Assembly: GCA_907165135.1 (NCBI GenBank)
Contig: OU015569.1
Span: forward strand, 5,890,001-5,954,000
Length of the DNA: 64,000 nt
From: Oikopleura dioica
Lineage: Eukaryota; Animalia; Chordata
Direction: 5' to 3'
A program made the translations under genes and the position numbers. Below, one piece after another: positions 12,806 to 25,892 of the stretch; within the stretch, counting starts at the first letter, position 1, and every line of letters starts with the position of its first letter. The notes under the pieces were generated by a model, which was given only the letters and a program-made list of their open reading frames with translations, had not been told where the DNA came from and ran no database searches.

Positions 12806-14279
12806 CGTGGAAAAGAAAAAGAGGGATTGTACTGCGAGAAAAGAGGTGTTATCACGTTGAACGATCAAGGGTCAGTAATGGGCAATTTCGCTTCTCAGAA
12901 CTTGCTCATGTGCGTATATGAGGGAAGCACACAGTCTGAATACTAGCGCTCAGTGCAGTATCAGAATACATCAATTAATAAGAGAGCACAGCAGTAAGAA
13001 ACATTACAACGCCTAGAAGAATTAAAAAAGTTCATCGCGTTGTCGGAAATCGAGAGAACGAGAGTGCCGAAGCATGCCACGAGTCTGGTTCGCGCCGACT
13101 CCTATGACCGAATGGTAATCGATTCTACCCACACAGGCTAATCATATTTTATGACTTCCGTGTTTTGACAAAAAGACATCCACTTTTTTATGTTTTGTAT
13201 TTCATGGTGCGATGGTGCGAAGCGATTAAAAATCTGCTACTTAGCGCGTTTTTATCTTTATTTGCGGTATTTTTGAGTTGATTGATGAGGTGCTAGAGTC
13301 GCAAGATACAGAATTTATTTCACCCTGGAATTGACACTGCCCCACTCAGCAGTGCGTTTACTCTTTTATTTCTACTTCGATTAAGATTTCTCGCTTGACT
13401 ACTCGTGGGTAAATTGTCTTTTTACGATAGATTTGCCTTACAAGCATATTTTCGTCTTTCCCTCTCCATAGTCTGATAGCTTCAATCTGTGGCCAGGTCC
13501 TCTGATAAGTTTCCTCATTGAAAAAGGCATTCAGAGCTTTCGAGTTTTATTTGAGCTAGTTACTCTTATCAAACCGCTTTGGCCAAACATAAACATAGAT
13601 GCGTACACCTTCCATCGTTTTTGAACGTTTTTGTTTGTGATCAAAATTTGATCACAGGAGAGAAACGTAATTATGGGTCTAAAGTGCTCCAGGTATTCGA
13701 TAGAAGGCGGATGGATTACATCGTCTGCGTTTAAAAATTAACGAAAGAGGGTGATCAGTTTTGTTTTACGAAACTAAGAAAGAGTGATCACAAAAAACAC
13801 CTGCTCAAATATCCCCTTTTGTATCACGCTTTTTATCAACGCAGGAGTGTTTTATTTTTCTTGGGGAGAGCTTGATAGTAATAGAAAATTACGCTCAAGC
13901 GAAAGAGTGAGAAAGAGCACCAGGAGGAACCAATAATTTATGAGCCCGGGAGACGCGTAAGCCCGTCTTAATAAGAGCACTATAATCTGAGAAAAGCACG
14001 TGTTATCCATGTAATTTGAATGTATTGTATTTAGGCATGAAAGGAGATTGAGCGACGAAAAAATGAACGATGGAGATCCGAGCAGAAGAATAACGCGCTG
14101 TGGGAAAGGATTCAAACTTTCAAACACAAAATATTGTCTTAATATTTTCTCGAATCGAGCCCATATGTTTTTCTCTGCGCAATATTTGCGGATGCACTTT
14201 ATGAGCTCGAGTCACGAGAAAATAAGTCTATATTATATTGCGAGTCTTTAACGAAAATGAGTTTTGAATTCATACTAAG

Positions 14280-17216
14280 GAGCCATGAGCACCCAGGCGA
14301 GAGCGATGAAGCGCCCGTCCTGACGATTGAGATTTCTGACAGACTTCTGGCGAACGCGGGAAGTGAACGCTCGAATCAACATCAGGTCAAGCAGAGGATA
14401 TCCAAAGGTTAGCCACTTAATTCTAGATAAATCCGCACTAGTAGTTCAGATTTCATGAACTTATCATCATGATAATATCATGTTTCGACATAAAATGAAA
14501 TTAACTTCATAGATTTTATTTTCAGCGAATTCGGAAGTCACGATTCATGATGTCCGCCGGTGTACGATTACAGAAGTACCGGAAGAGGTTCGCCAATGGA
14601 TCGTCCTTACGTTTTCTCGACAAGAGCAGGACGAAAACGAACGCAAAAGTAAGTCATCGAAAGCTCTATCAGGTTTTCTGTGATCCAGACTATCTTGGTC
14701 GATTCAAATGTATTACGTTACAGTCTGTAACTAACAAGTCTGTAAGTAACTTTGAAAGTCCAGTTTTTCTAAGAAATAGAAATTTGATTTTACACTGGGA
14801 AAAGACAAAGTCGATTTATTTGGACGAAAGTTTTAGCGGCTGACGCAGCCTAAAACTCATTTTTAGGGCAGAAGTTTGTTGTGCTAAAATTCGGTATTGT
14901 TGCTTATATAGAATTCCCCTCACTACCTTTATATGACACATAAAGCTTTATGATTGGCAGTTATCATAACTGGTGATATCGCTTTGTAAAAATATAGACC
15001 TTTACAAAACGCACGTGAGCTGAAGACATCTCTTAGGATGGATGTAACTCTAACGTCAACTTCTTCTAAAGTTTAACGATCAGAACGTAGAGATATAAAA
15101 CAGGTTCCAACAATAATTCGCAAGTTTAAGAAGTACGGTTAGACCGGATGCTATTTCGATAAGGAAAAATAGCAATCACGTGGATGGATTTTAGTTAGAA
15201 TCGCACCTGCATGTCGCATGGAATTGGTGTCTCCTTTCTATAAAAACTAACTGATGCGTTCTAGAGGGCCGCTTCCGTAAGTTGGTGAAGGCCATGAATA
15301 TGCACATCCGCCTCCAAAAGTAAGACAGATGTATAGCTTTGCTCATTCCTCAGACGTTCAGGATGTTCACAATAAAGCAGGACGTGATAAGCGACCAACT
15401 CTCGGATTATTTATCGGAAATCGACAACTGGGGCTGGAATCCGTTCAAGGCAGGCGAACTGACAAATGGACACCCCTTGCACTATAGTATGCTCGAGCTC
15501 TTCCGAAAATACAATATCAACAGCAGGTGATTGCAAGTATCATCATTACAGCGATAATTTATCTGTCGAATTAAGGTTCGGGATCAAACAAACCACACTG
15601 ATAAACTTCGCAGATGCCATCGAAGAAGAGTATCAAGTTGTGAGTAGCTTATCTCCCTCCTGTCTTATCATCGCTTTCACTCTTCTATCTTAGCATCCCT
15701 CATGAGGTCTTTTTACTCTTATAGTTACCCCGAACCAGATTAGATTCGAACTTTATTCAGCAAGAAATATTTTAATTTTGTTTTCCAAAGCTGTTCCTCT
15801 AAAGGTCTACAGTGTATACTCTGCAAGAAGAAAGTCCTCATTTAGAAATAGAAATTATATAATGACACTAGAGTGGCGCTCCTTATCACAACAACATCCA
15901 TGCCACAGACGTGATGGTCACCGTGCATCAGCTGCTCTTTCAAACCCAAATGGCGCACTGGTTCAGTGTGGTTGGACAATTTGAGCAGTGTTATGTAGAA
16001 AGAGTAAAGTCTTACACTTCCGCTCGCTTACTTTAGAACGCAGTAATGAGACATTACTGTGGCGCGCTCGCTCGCTTCCGTTAGCTTGCTCAAATTGGCA
16101 ACCGTTTTCAGTGATCTGGAGCTGTTCTCGATATTATTCGCGGCGGCAATCCATGACCTGGCGCACACCGGCCAGAGCAACCAATTTCACATCAACACAA
16201 AGTCTAACTTGGCGCTGCTGTACAACGACCAGTCAGTGCTCGAGAATCACCACATTTCCACAGCCTTCCGAATCATGAAGACCGGTGGCAACTCACTGGC
16301 GATCATGCACAAGTCAACGTATTTTTAGAGGAGGACAAAGACTTGACTTCAAGTCTCAACGATGCCCAGTATAAAGAATTCCGCTCCAACGTGATCGCAA
16401 TGGTGCTCAGCACAGACATGAGCACGCATTTCGACAAAATCAAAACCATCAAATCTGCAATACGAATGCCCAAGGAATACTGGAACAATGTACTCGTCGA
16501 TAAATCAGCCGAATATCCCAGAACGTATTCGACCAAGTTTTCTTCCTTGATCTCAAAACAATCCTTTTAGCATGGAGAAAATTCGCATAATGGAATTGCT
16601 CTTACATTCTGCCGATCTGAGTAATTGCGTCAAGGTGAGCTTCAAAATGAATAAATCAAAGATGCGTGTTATAACTAGCCCTGGAAATTTCACTCAAAGT
16701 CAGCAACGCTGTTACTGGAAGAATTTTTCCGCCAGGGAGACATCGAAAAGGCAAATGATATTCCCGTCAGTCTCCTGTGCGATAGAGTTACTACAGATGT
16801 CCCAAAGAGTCAAATAGGCTTCATGGCTTATATTATTGAGCCGACTTTCGCAATTTTAACGGAAACTGCATTTTTCATTGCAGTCACCTTCCTACCAGGT
16901 AAGGACACTAGAACTTGCACATCTGAAGCTTAATTTCAGTGGTTCTTGAGGAGGACCAAGTTAAAAGTAGAATTTCAACGGAGAAAAACTTTAAAGCAAT
17001 AAGGAACTCAGATATAAAGTAAGTGCGCCATTTGATCGAGACAATTGAAATGCGAAAATCTTTAGCCACGAAGATGTGCTGCCAATAATAGACAAGTTCT
17101 CTTCTATCTGGATGGAGCATTTAACGGAGAACAGAATGAAATGGGCGAGTTTTGAAGCCCAGGGCTCAGTGAGCTTGGACAAAGTCAACGAAATACTAGA
17201 AGCCCAGCAAGAATAG
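14280..17216 (+). CDS. PDE1: Ca2+/calmodulin-dependent cyclic nucleotide phosphodiesterase 1; extra 5' exons possible upstream
   Basis: Motifs RFRKLVKAM, YHNNIHATDV, HDLAHTGQSNQFHINTKS..YNDQSVLENHH, TDMSTHF, LHSADLSN and EEFFRQGD..LCDR..SQIGF..IEPTF; stop TAG at 17214-17216. Confidence 0.85.
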
Positions 17217-18337
17217 ACAAATTGCATATACGCAGGGGAAATAAAAACTGGAAATGCGTCAAAGCAGCTGCTCAAAAAAATATCCAAGAAAACACACACA
17301 AATCATCGTTGATCGAAGAGCTTCGAATTAAGCACCTACTATACTCAAGACACCAAAAAGCCACTTGTACCTACGGAAGAATTCAATATGAATAAAATAA
17401 TATACTTGACCCTCAATGAGTCATTGCTATTTTTACAACCCGAGTTTTAGACCTAGCCATTGTGAGAGAAACAATGTCTTTTGAAAAAAAATCACCTGTT
17501 TATTCGAGTCATTTCCTATTTTCAAAAAATTTCAACTAAATTTGGCGCGACATCAAATCGTAATTTTGGTCGAGCGAATCAATAATAGTCAAAAAGAGAG
17601 AGAGAGAAAGTGAGAAAGAAGAGAGAAACGCTGAAAATGTTGAATTTTGACCAGTAAGTCAACTGAACGAGAGCAATACTTCTGAGTTACAAACAAAAAT
17701 AACCTTTTGAGAAGATTTGTTTAGTCTCACTCGTGATTATAAATAACATCAATATTTTGTCGGATAGAAGCAGTCAAAATAAACTGCCGATAACAGATCT
17801 TCTCATGCCACGGCTAAATATATCATAGGGTTTAACATGAGCAAAATCGCTCATCTTATTTAACTGGGGAATAAATTTACTTTCATTTTACGAATCACTA
17901 TGAATGCTTTTTTATTATTTATATAACAACTCTTCGCAAATATTTTGCAGTCTAAAATCGGCAATAATTATTAATTAATTACGGTGATTGCCTCTTTATT
18001 AATATCAATAAACCTGTATTCGAGTAATTATCTCTCACAGAATATCAACGTACTTCTAAAAAGATACGTTTATGGTTATTGAGTTTGGCCAGAGCTCTCG
18101 TTACAGATTACGATTGCCCATAAAATTCTAAAAAAACTCGGCCTGATTGACCCCGGTGGGGTTTCTTGCGTTGAACATACGCTCGGTTAAGCTATTTTTT
18201 AGTTGGGGCGCCACCTCCCCCTGGTTTTAGCTCTGCGGCCGTGTTAGACTGAGTCTGGCCAGAAGGCACCGACGGACGCCGCACTGAAGCACGAAACCTT
18301 TAAGGGAGAGAAAATCAAAGGAGAACCTGTTTCTGCG

Positions 18338-20236
18338 ATGAACAATTCCCCAGTCACGTGGTTGGGTTACAACCCAGCCAAAAATTACGCCGCCGCCGCC
18401 GGTGGAAAACGAAAGGTTAAATATTGAATTTTAATAATTTCTCTATTTAACTAGCAGTAACGCGAAATTGCAGAATTCGCAGCGCCGTTTCTAGTTAACA
18501 ATGTTTTTGATTACTTTGGATAACGTAGAACAGCCAGTTCAGGCTTTACGGTCAAATCGTAAAAATGGAAATTAACAAGCCAACCGTTCCAAGCAGAGTT
18601 AAATCATGCATTGCAACATAGTGATTTCAAAAAGTTAAATTAGTTGAACTTTGAGATTTAGCTCTGATTGAAAGGCAGTTCAAACGCGGATTTCTGACAA
18701 TAGGCAAGCGGGACTCACCGTATTTCTTTTCGCGATAATTAAATGAAAATGACGGGAGTCATGTCCCTGATGTAGATCCAAGCCCGAGAATCGATTCTAA
18801 TCAAAGGCGTCCAGCGTCAAGGACCCACTCTAAACGCAAGGTTTATTTCTAAGACGACTCCCTTTTGATACTATGCCTTGATTTCTCTCCAGAGCGACTG
18901 TAAATCGCCAGTGATGGATTTCCCCCAGGGCCAGCAAATTGATTACCTAATTAACCACTGTATACTTGTCTGCTTGTTGCCGACGCCCAGTAATTGAATT
19001 ACTAGCTTCCAATTTGTTCATCACCCAGATAATCAGCTCAAAATTGGCACTCTATATTTTTTTATATCCATATTTAGTCAAAATATGTGTGGAAGAATAT
19101 CCTGGCTGGTGGCCTTGCAGGAGGAATAGAAATCTGCATCACCTACCCAACAGAATACGTGAAAACCCAACTGCAGCTCGACGAAAAAGCAAACCCACCG
19201 AAATACCGCGGCATGGGTGAGTGACTCAGTTTAACCTCTTGAAATAAAACATACCAAGATTTACTCAGCACTTAACCTTAGGCCTTTTTTGAAAACTCAA
19301 ACAGACGTGTGTTTTAGTCGACTGCGCTAAACAGACTGTGGCGCAGCGAGGTGTCGGCGGACTTTACCGTGGACTCTCTGTGCTTCTTGTCGGCTCGATT
19401 CCGAAAGCAGCAGTCAGGTAAGCTGCTAATCGCCTAAACAAACTCATTCAATTTTCATGTTAGATTCGGAGCACAGCAATGGGCCTCCAACAAGATACAA
19501 AGTGGCTGTTTTGGCGACGGGTTTGCCTCTAGAAATCCAGTCGCAACTGTAAGTTTACTACTTTCCACAGTTAATAACTGGACTCTAGAGCTTGTTATCT
19601 GGTCTATTTGCTGGTTTTGCGGAAGCAATTCTCGCCGTGTGTCCGATGGAGACAGTAAAAGTGAAATTCATTCACGACATGAACCAAGCAAAACCTCAAT
19701 ACCGTGGTCTATTCCATGGAATGCGAACCATCATCGCTCAAGAAGGATTTGCTGGATGCTACAAGGTAAGTTTCTTCGATTTTCTTTAACTCAATACATT
19801 TTAAGGGTTTGACAGCTACACTCGCAAAACAAGGTTCAAACCAGATGATTCGATTCGGCGTGATGGACTCGCTAAAGGCCTGGCACGTCGATAGAACAGG
19901 CTCCGCTCCTGGAATTATTTACACTGCAGTTTACGGTGGCATGGCGGGAGCTGCCTCTGTCATCGGTAACACGCCGATTGATGTTGTCAAGACGCGAATG
20001 CAGGTAATATTAGCGCAATTGAAGGCAACAATCTAACCGCGCACTTCAAGGGCTTGGAATCGAGCAAGTACAAAAACTCGATGGACTGCTTCATGCGAAT
20101 CCTGAAAAATGAAGGGCCAGCCGCGCTGTATAAAGGCACCCTTCCCCGAATGAGCCGAGTGGTGCTCGACGTCGCCCTCGTCTTCGTCATCTACGAAGAG
20201 GTCCTGAAAGTGCTAGACCGCGTCGCTCCCGAATAA
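18338..20236 (+). CDS. SLC25A1: Mitochondrial tricarboxylate (citrate) carrier
   Basis: Exon 1 [14 protein letters not shown], then [66 protein letters not shown] and [25 protein letters not shown]. Confidence 0.92.
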
Positions 20237-20700
20237 GTTTAAGATGCAAGGCAAATGTTCGTTGTTTTTTTTTGACCCTGAAGGCTAAGCTTCTGTTCGA
20301 AATGATCGTTATTCCTGATCAACAATTCTATCTACTTCTACTACAACAGTTCAATATTCTTATTTCGACGCTCATCGTGAACGTTAAAGACAACTTATTA
20401 CTCTCATGTTTGGATGGTGTATTCTTTTCAAGTCTTGTTTCTATTATTCTTCTGTTCTGAACGATCTGTTGCTTGATTGATTTTTCTTTCTTCCGAAAAC
20501 TGAAGATTTCGGGCTTTGAATTTTTCCCGAGAAAATTCGGGTCAATATTATTTTAATAAATTCCTTAGCAAACAAGTTTCGTAATATATCTAGGATAGAT
20601 ATTAATTTATTGAATTGGTGTATTTTCAATCAATATAGCTGGCAGTTGTGGAGAATGTACACAAGAAAAAGTACAGTCAATGCACGGTGATCGAGGAGGA

Positions 20701-21944
20701 TTAATGAGTACGAATGTTGACGATCGAGTCCGAGTCAGAAATGCGATCAACATTGATTTCAAAGCCGTCGTCGGTCGGGCCGTCCGCGGCTGAGCCTGAA
20801 GAGGAGCTGCCCGATGAGCCAGACGCGCCATCGGAGGTCTGATCGCTGCGCATCGTCGCAAAAGGAGATTGCATTTGCTTCATCAAAGCATTCAATATAA
20901 TGTTCGCTGTCAAGGCCTAAACAAGCTCTTTTTATATCATTTTCTCTTTTCTGCTTACTTTGGTCGTAGCTTCAGTAGCGAGTGCCGAGGCACAGCGAGC
21001 GTTGTAAATAGCAAGGCGCAGCAGCTTCTGTGGATCCTCACCGAAATGATCGCTTCGAAAGCCCGCATTAGAAATATGATACTGAAGTTGTTGCTGGTCG
21101 GTGTTAAACATTGGATGTTGAAAACCGAGATGAGGATAAGTGTTAAAAATTTCAGGCGATGGAGACTGCTTCCCTTGATGATGTGTGTTCTCTGTTACGG
21201 TGGCATCTTCTTTCGCAGGTTCCATCTTCTGATGATTAACTGGAGAGCATAAATATTGACCAAACATTTGTATTTTTTACCTCTTGGAGGCATGAGAACT
21301 TGGTTAGACGAATGAATAGAAGTAGAAAGGTTGGTAGCTGGCGGTAAAACTTTTTCTGTGGTAATAGGGGTAGTCACTGTAGCAGTGGTAGAAGTCTGTG
21401 CTGATTCCAAAGTAGCTGGGAGACAAGGAGGAGATATATCCTGTCCGTCCGCAAGGTCCATTTTTATGGCGGTGATTGGGGTCTTATCCACTTTTGGAAG
21501 CTTCTTTCCTGGTGTCCCTTTTCCGTTGTCTAATAATTGTTGTATTTATGAATCATTTTCTAACTTTTATCATGAGTAATTTAAACAAGTTCCCTTTTTT
21601 GAAGTCACCACTTCTCGCTCGTTGATTTTTGAACCAGCAGCTAATCTGGCTAAATGGTTTCTGCAGAAAGTCAGCGATTTCAGTTCTCCGCGATACGGAC
21701 GGGTATGGGTTTTCCCTGTAACTAGCGAAGAGGAAATCTTTCTCCTCTTCGGTGTATGCAGCTCGTTTGGGTTTAGAAGAGCTAATTTTGAACTGTTTTG
21801 AGTAAAGTGGTTATTTTTGATTTACCTGGACGACTGCTCGGAGGAGGGAGGAGATCCAGCCGGCTTAATGGGAGTCGGGTATTTTCGCGACGCAGCTGTG
21901 AACGGCAGTTGCATTCCGATTAAGATATCTTCGGCTTTTCTCAT
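20701..21944 (-). CDS. Divergent homeodomain transcription factor
   Basis: Homeobox at ~21612-21775: KPKRAAYTEEEKDFLFASYRENPYPSVSRRTEIADFLQKPFSQISCWFKNQRAR. Upstream exon MRKAEDILIGMQLPF..; downstream S/T/P/Q-rich exons (ORFs 21195-21491, 20932-21267, 20701-20913). Confidence 0.75.
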
Positions 21945-22514
21945 AGTTCATATAATTGTCAGATATTCTTTTTATGTCTACTTCTCAATCAAGAATAAAT
22001 GAAAAATAAATAGACCTAAAGAAGATCTTCTTTGATTTAAATGAACGAGGTAAAATTGAACGATTCCTGCTTTATAGCGATTTATAATAGTGAAGAATTA
22101 AGATAATTAAACCTTCTTTGAACTCTCTTACGAAGTTAGATTCTACCGTTATCGGGCCTTTAGAAAACTCTTGTTTCACTATAAATAAAACGCGCCTTTT
22201 TTGTCGATCTCTTGAAAACGGCCCTGGAAGTCGGGCGATTTTTGCGGACTCATCCGATACTCTCGGAAAAATGTGAAAACTTCTGATTTTGTCTCCTCGC
22301 GTTTGAGCTGCTAACTGGTGTCTGATCGCAAAGAGCTGATTTGTATTTTGCAAGCTCAAAACAGAAACGGTCTCGAGTCGAGCCAAAACGGTTGAGAAGG
22401 TGGCCCACCGCGATTTCACAATTCTGTTTCGCACATATTTTTGCACGTCTAGAAATAATAAGAAATAGAGAAGAATAGCAGCTCATCCAGGCGGAGAAAT
22501 CCTGAGACATAAAA

Positions 22515-24490
22515 ATGCCAAAAGCTCGTCGAAAAACCCTCTCGGGTTTGGCAAAGGAGGGGTCGGAAAGCAATGAATTTATGATTGATTCTAAGAGAGG
22601 TTCTAAAATTCTAAATAAAGGTCGGTTTTGGCGCCGGTCATGTTCTCAATGATATGTGTGGTACAATGTGGTTTGGATACGGTCTCGTGTGGATGCAAGA
22701 CACGCTCAAGTTTAGTGGCTTCTAACTTAGCAACTTTAGAATTTATGCAATTTTAAGAAGCCAAAAATAGATTTCATCAACTAATTGTGGATATATTATT
22801 CTAGTCGCGCAATTCGCCGATGCGATTTTCAACCTTTGGGTCGGCAACGAGTGTGATAAGGTAACTTGCATAGGATCCCATAAAGTAACAGTCGGAATTG
22901 AAAGGTTACGCTTATAAAGAAATTCGGTCGGCGAAAAGGCTGGCACGCCATAGGAACTCTGATGGTGCTGATAGGCATTGTTTTTACATTTTTACCGCCG
23001 TTTACTTATGTTCCGGGTATAACTCCCGAATGGATGGCAGTGTATCATATGATGAGCTGTCAAGTAAGTTCTTCTTGTCAATAATTTTCGAAGTAATGCT
23101 TCTTCAGGTACTTTTCAACGCTGGCTGGGCAATCGCACAGATTGCGCACTTGTCACTCATTCCTTCGCTAGCGATAACGGAGCAAGACGAGATTTCCTTG
23201 AACTCGATTCGTCAAGCAATGGTATACTGCGCCTCGATTCTGACATACACTTTGGCCGGTTTCATCATAAAAAACTCGGTCGATGGCGCCGGACTTGACT
23301 GGAACACGCGGTGGCAGGTAAGATTTTTATGCAATAAACAACTTGGCGATCTTTGTTTTTGATTACAACGCTCAACTTCGTGTCAACCGGGGTTGGTTTT
23401 ATTTTCGCGCTAACCTTCCTGACCCTCACACCAGAAGATCCAACCGAAACGCCGATCCTCGAAACAACTCATGTCACCTCTACGGTCAAGCACAAGACCC
23501 TCACAGTCCGAGAATGGGCGGCAAAGCCAGGCTTTTTCCGAGTAGGTGTTTGCTACACACTTACACGGTTGATGTACAATCAGGTATGCAATATACCTGC
23601 TAGTAAGCAGCTAGAATGGGAATCATTTTTACGCTAGCAACTGCTCTTCTTCCCTGTCCTGATCACAACATCACTCAAGTTCCCAAACAGCTACATTGGC
23701 TTTTGTCCACTTGTTCTCTACGCGTCAGGGATGTTCCTATCTTTTGCTCTTCCGCACATCCTTAAAATTACAGGCAAAAAGGTAAAATATCAATTTCAAC
23801 AACGGTCAACAACCATTTTGAGTAATTTTTACGCAAATAAGTTTTCTGAGACTAAAATTAATGCATCTTTTCAAGTGTATGATGATTCTGGCGACGTTGA
23901 TGGTCGCAGGTGGTTTTGTCTGGCTCGAGTTCTTACACACGGCGACGAATGAAATTTGGGGAATTGCAATTCTCCTTGGCATGGGCGCTGCTGGAACGCT
24001 GATTATGTCTCTTTCCTCGATTGTAGATGTGATCGGCAGAAATCGAGAGTCCTCGTCCTTTGTTTACGGAACTTATTCGGTCTTCGATAAGGTATTTCAA
24101 TGCATGAAACGTAGTTCTTGAATTTACACGTTTTCAGGTGATGAACGGGCTTGCTGCACTTGTTACACAAGTCATGTCACCCTGCGGTGATGAGCACTCA
24201 ACTCAAGAGTGCCACGACGACTTCCCTAGTTTCTTCGGGCGAATGGTAATGATCTTCACCGGCCTCGCCATGGTGGTTTACCTCTGCTACCCAAAATTCG
24301 AGAGGACGGAAGAGCACGGTGACGACGTGATGAGCTCCATTATCGTCTCAAATAGGTAGTTCAGATTCTGCCAAAGCGAGACCTTTCTAACCACGGCTTT
24401 AGATTCCAGCGTCATCACTCAATGTCACTCTCCTACTCGCAAAGTCACAACCTCGAGTCCGAACGCCGCCCGCTCCTTGCCAACAAATAA
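22515..24490 (+). CDS. MFSD12: MFS transporter, MFSD12-like
   Basis: GAGHVLNDMCGTMWFGY, FNAGWAIAQIAHLSLIPSL, CYTLTRLMYN, SSSFVYGTYSVFDKVMNG; many short introns. Confidence 0.8.
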
Positions 24491-24874
24491 TTATCAATTA
24501 CTAAAATTATTGAATAAAACGACAAAGCTGAACGAACTTGTTTTTTGTATTGCAAAAAGAAAATAAGTAAATAGATTTTGTACCGACCGAGAAAAAGAAA
24601 AATCCGAAGAAAAAGTATTGTTTGCTGGAGACTGATCCTTTCTCAGGGTGAATACTCAGAGAATATACAGAGTATAGGGGTGATAAAGTGATTCCGTTGT
24701 CGAAGCAGTCCAGCCAGCCCTAAGGAAAGATTATAATGAGCTCGAAATTGATTGATTGTACTCACATGATTCAGGGGAGATTTAAATGCCGATTGGCTGG
24801 AAACTACGTTTATAGAGAGAAAGAATTGGGTTCCTTGTAGTAGGTGATCGCATGAAATAATAAAAATAGGTCTC

Positions 24875-25144
24875 TTATGCTCTAAGGAGAGCATCTTCAG
24901 AGAGATTCTGTTCTTTTATGATCACGTGCCTTTTAAACATTGGAACGGAACGAGTGGATGGACTGCAGCAGCCAGCTTCTTGGATCTCTCGACAGAATGA
25001 GCCTAGCACAACGCCGAGTTGGCTCTCCAAGTCGTCGAAATTAACATCGCCACAGGTTGCGCAGCTCTGGACGACCTCGTCCATCGACTTATCCCAGGGA
25101 CAGGCGATAGCAACGGTGGCTAACGCGAGACAAATAACTTTCAT
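24875..25144 (-). CDS. Small secreted cysteine-rich peptide precursor (89 aa)
   Basis: Signal peptide MKVICLALATVAIA, six further Cys and a dibasic KR. Upstream TATAAAA (25292-25298) and a 5'UTR intron (GTAAAG..cttttAG). Confidence 0.6.
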   Translation of the reverse strand: MKVICLALATVAIACPWDKSMDEVVQSCATCGDVNFDDLESQLGVVLGSFCREIQEAGCCSPSTRSVPMFKRHVIIKEQNLSEDALLRA

Positions 25145-25291
25145 GTTTCTTTTTTAACTAAAAGTGAATGTTAATTGCTGGGTTTTTTAAGGCAGCAGAA
25201 AAGAAAGTTTGGAGTTGGATTCTTGAGCTCTCTGGTTTTGCGTTGGGACTTTACCTTGGCAGATAGATGTAGACTGTCACTAGTGGAGGAC

Positions 25292-25298
25292 TTTTATA
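25292..25298 (-). promoter_or_regulatory. Candidate TATA box for the Cys-rich peptide gene
   Basis: GGTATAAAAG on the minus strand about 40 nt before a GT donor of a non-coding exon. Confidence 0.4.
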
Positions 25299-25892
25299 CC
25301 TGCAGCCTGCGGTTAATAATTGAGTGCTTATCTATAATTGCATTTCGACAATGTCGAACACTGTTTTGCCTTGGGCCATTTAAGATGTTTCCAAACGAAA
25401 CATGTCACTCTCTGTCAGGGCAGCACTGTGCGAACATTATCACACTTAATCATTCATTTCTTGCATCATTCAACGGAGCCGGACATTTTTGCCGACATTC
25501 GCGGGACATCTACTAATGAGTTCAGCTTAATTCTCTTTACCGTAATTCCTCTTCCGTAGTCCGAAAGTCAGAATGAAGGCCTGCTCGGATGAAGGTTCAT
25601 TGATCATGTTCACAAATTACCAAGTGAGTTCGGCCAAAAAGATAGATCAAAGGTTAATTTGAAATATGCAACTAGGTCACTCTAGCAAATAAATTTATTA
25701 TTCTAATTACTCCCGTAATTACTTCTTAATACGGGATATCACAGCTCAGTATGTTCGTATGAATTGTTTTCTTCTGATTCCTTGGTTTCGTCCAGTTTCA
25801 ATTTGTAATCCACTCTTTCGCGAATAAACTTATGAGGTTGTAAAAATTGCCAAGTCAAGATAAAATTAAAATTACACGCTTTCAATGGGGTG

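Noticed and set aside
13636-13656. 10-bp-arm palindrome tgtgatcaaa-a-tttgatcaca (similar short one at 40729-40747)
   Set aside because: Isolated short hairpins are expected by chance in 64 kb; no supporting context.
22072-22573. Minus-strand ORFs of 124 and 107 aa
   Set aside because: No ATG start or recognisable domain; they overlap the MFSD12 start and the likely divergent promoter region.
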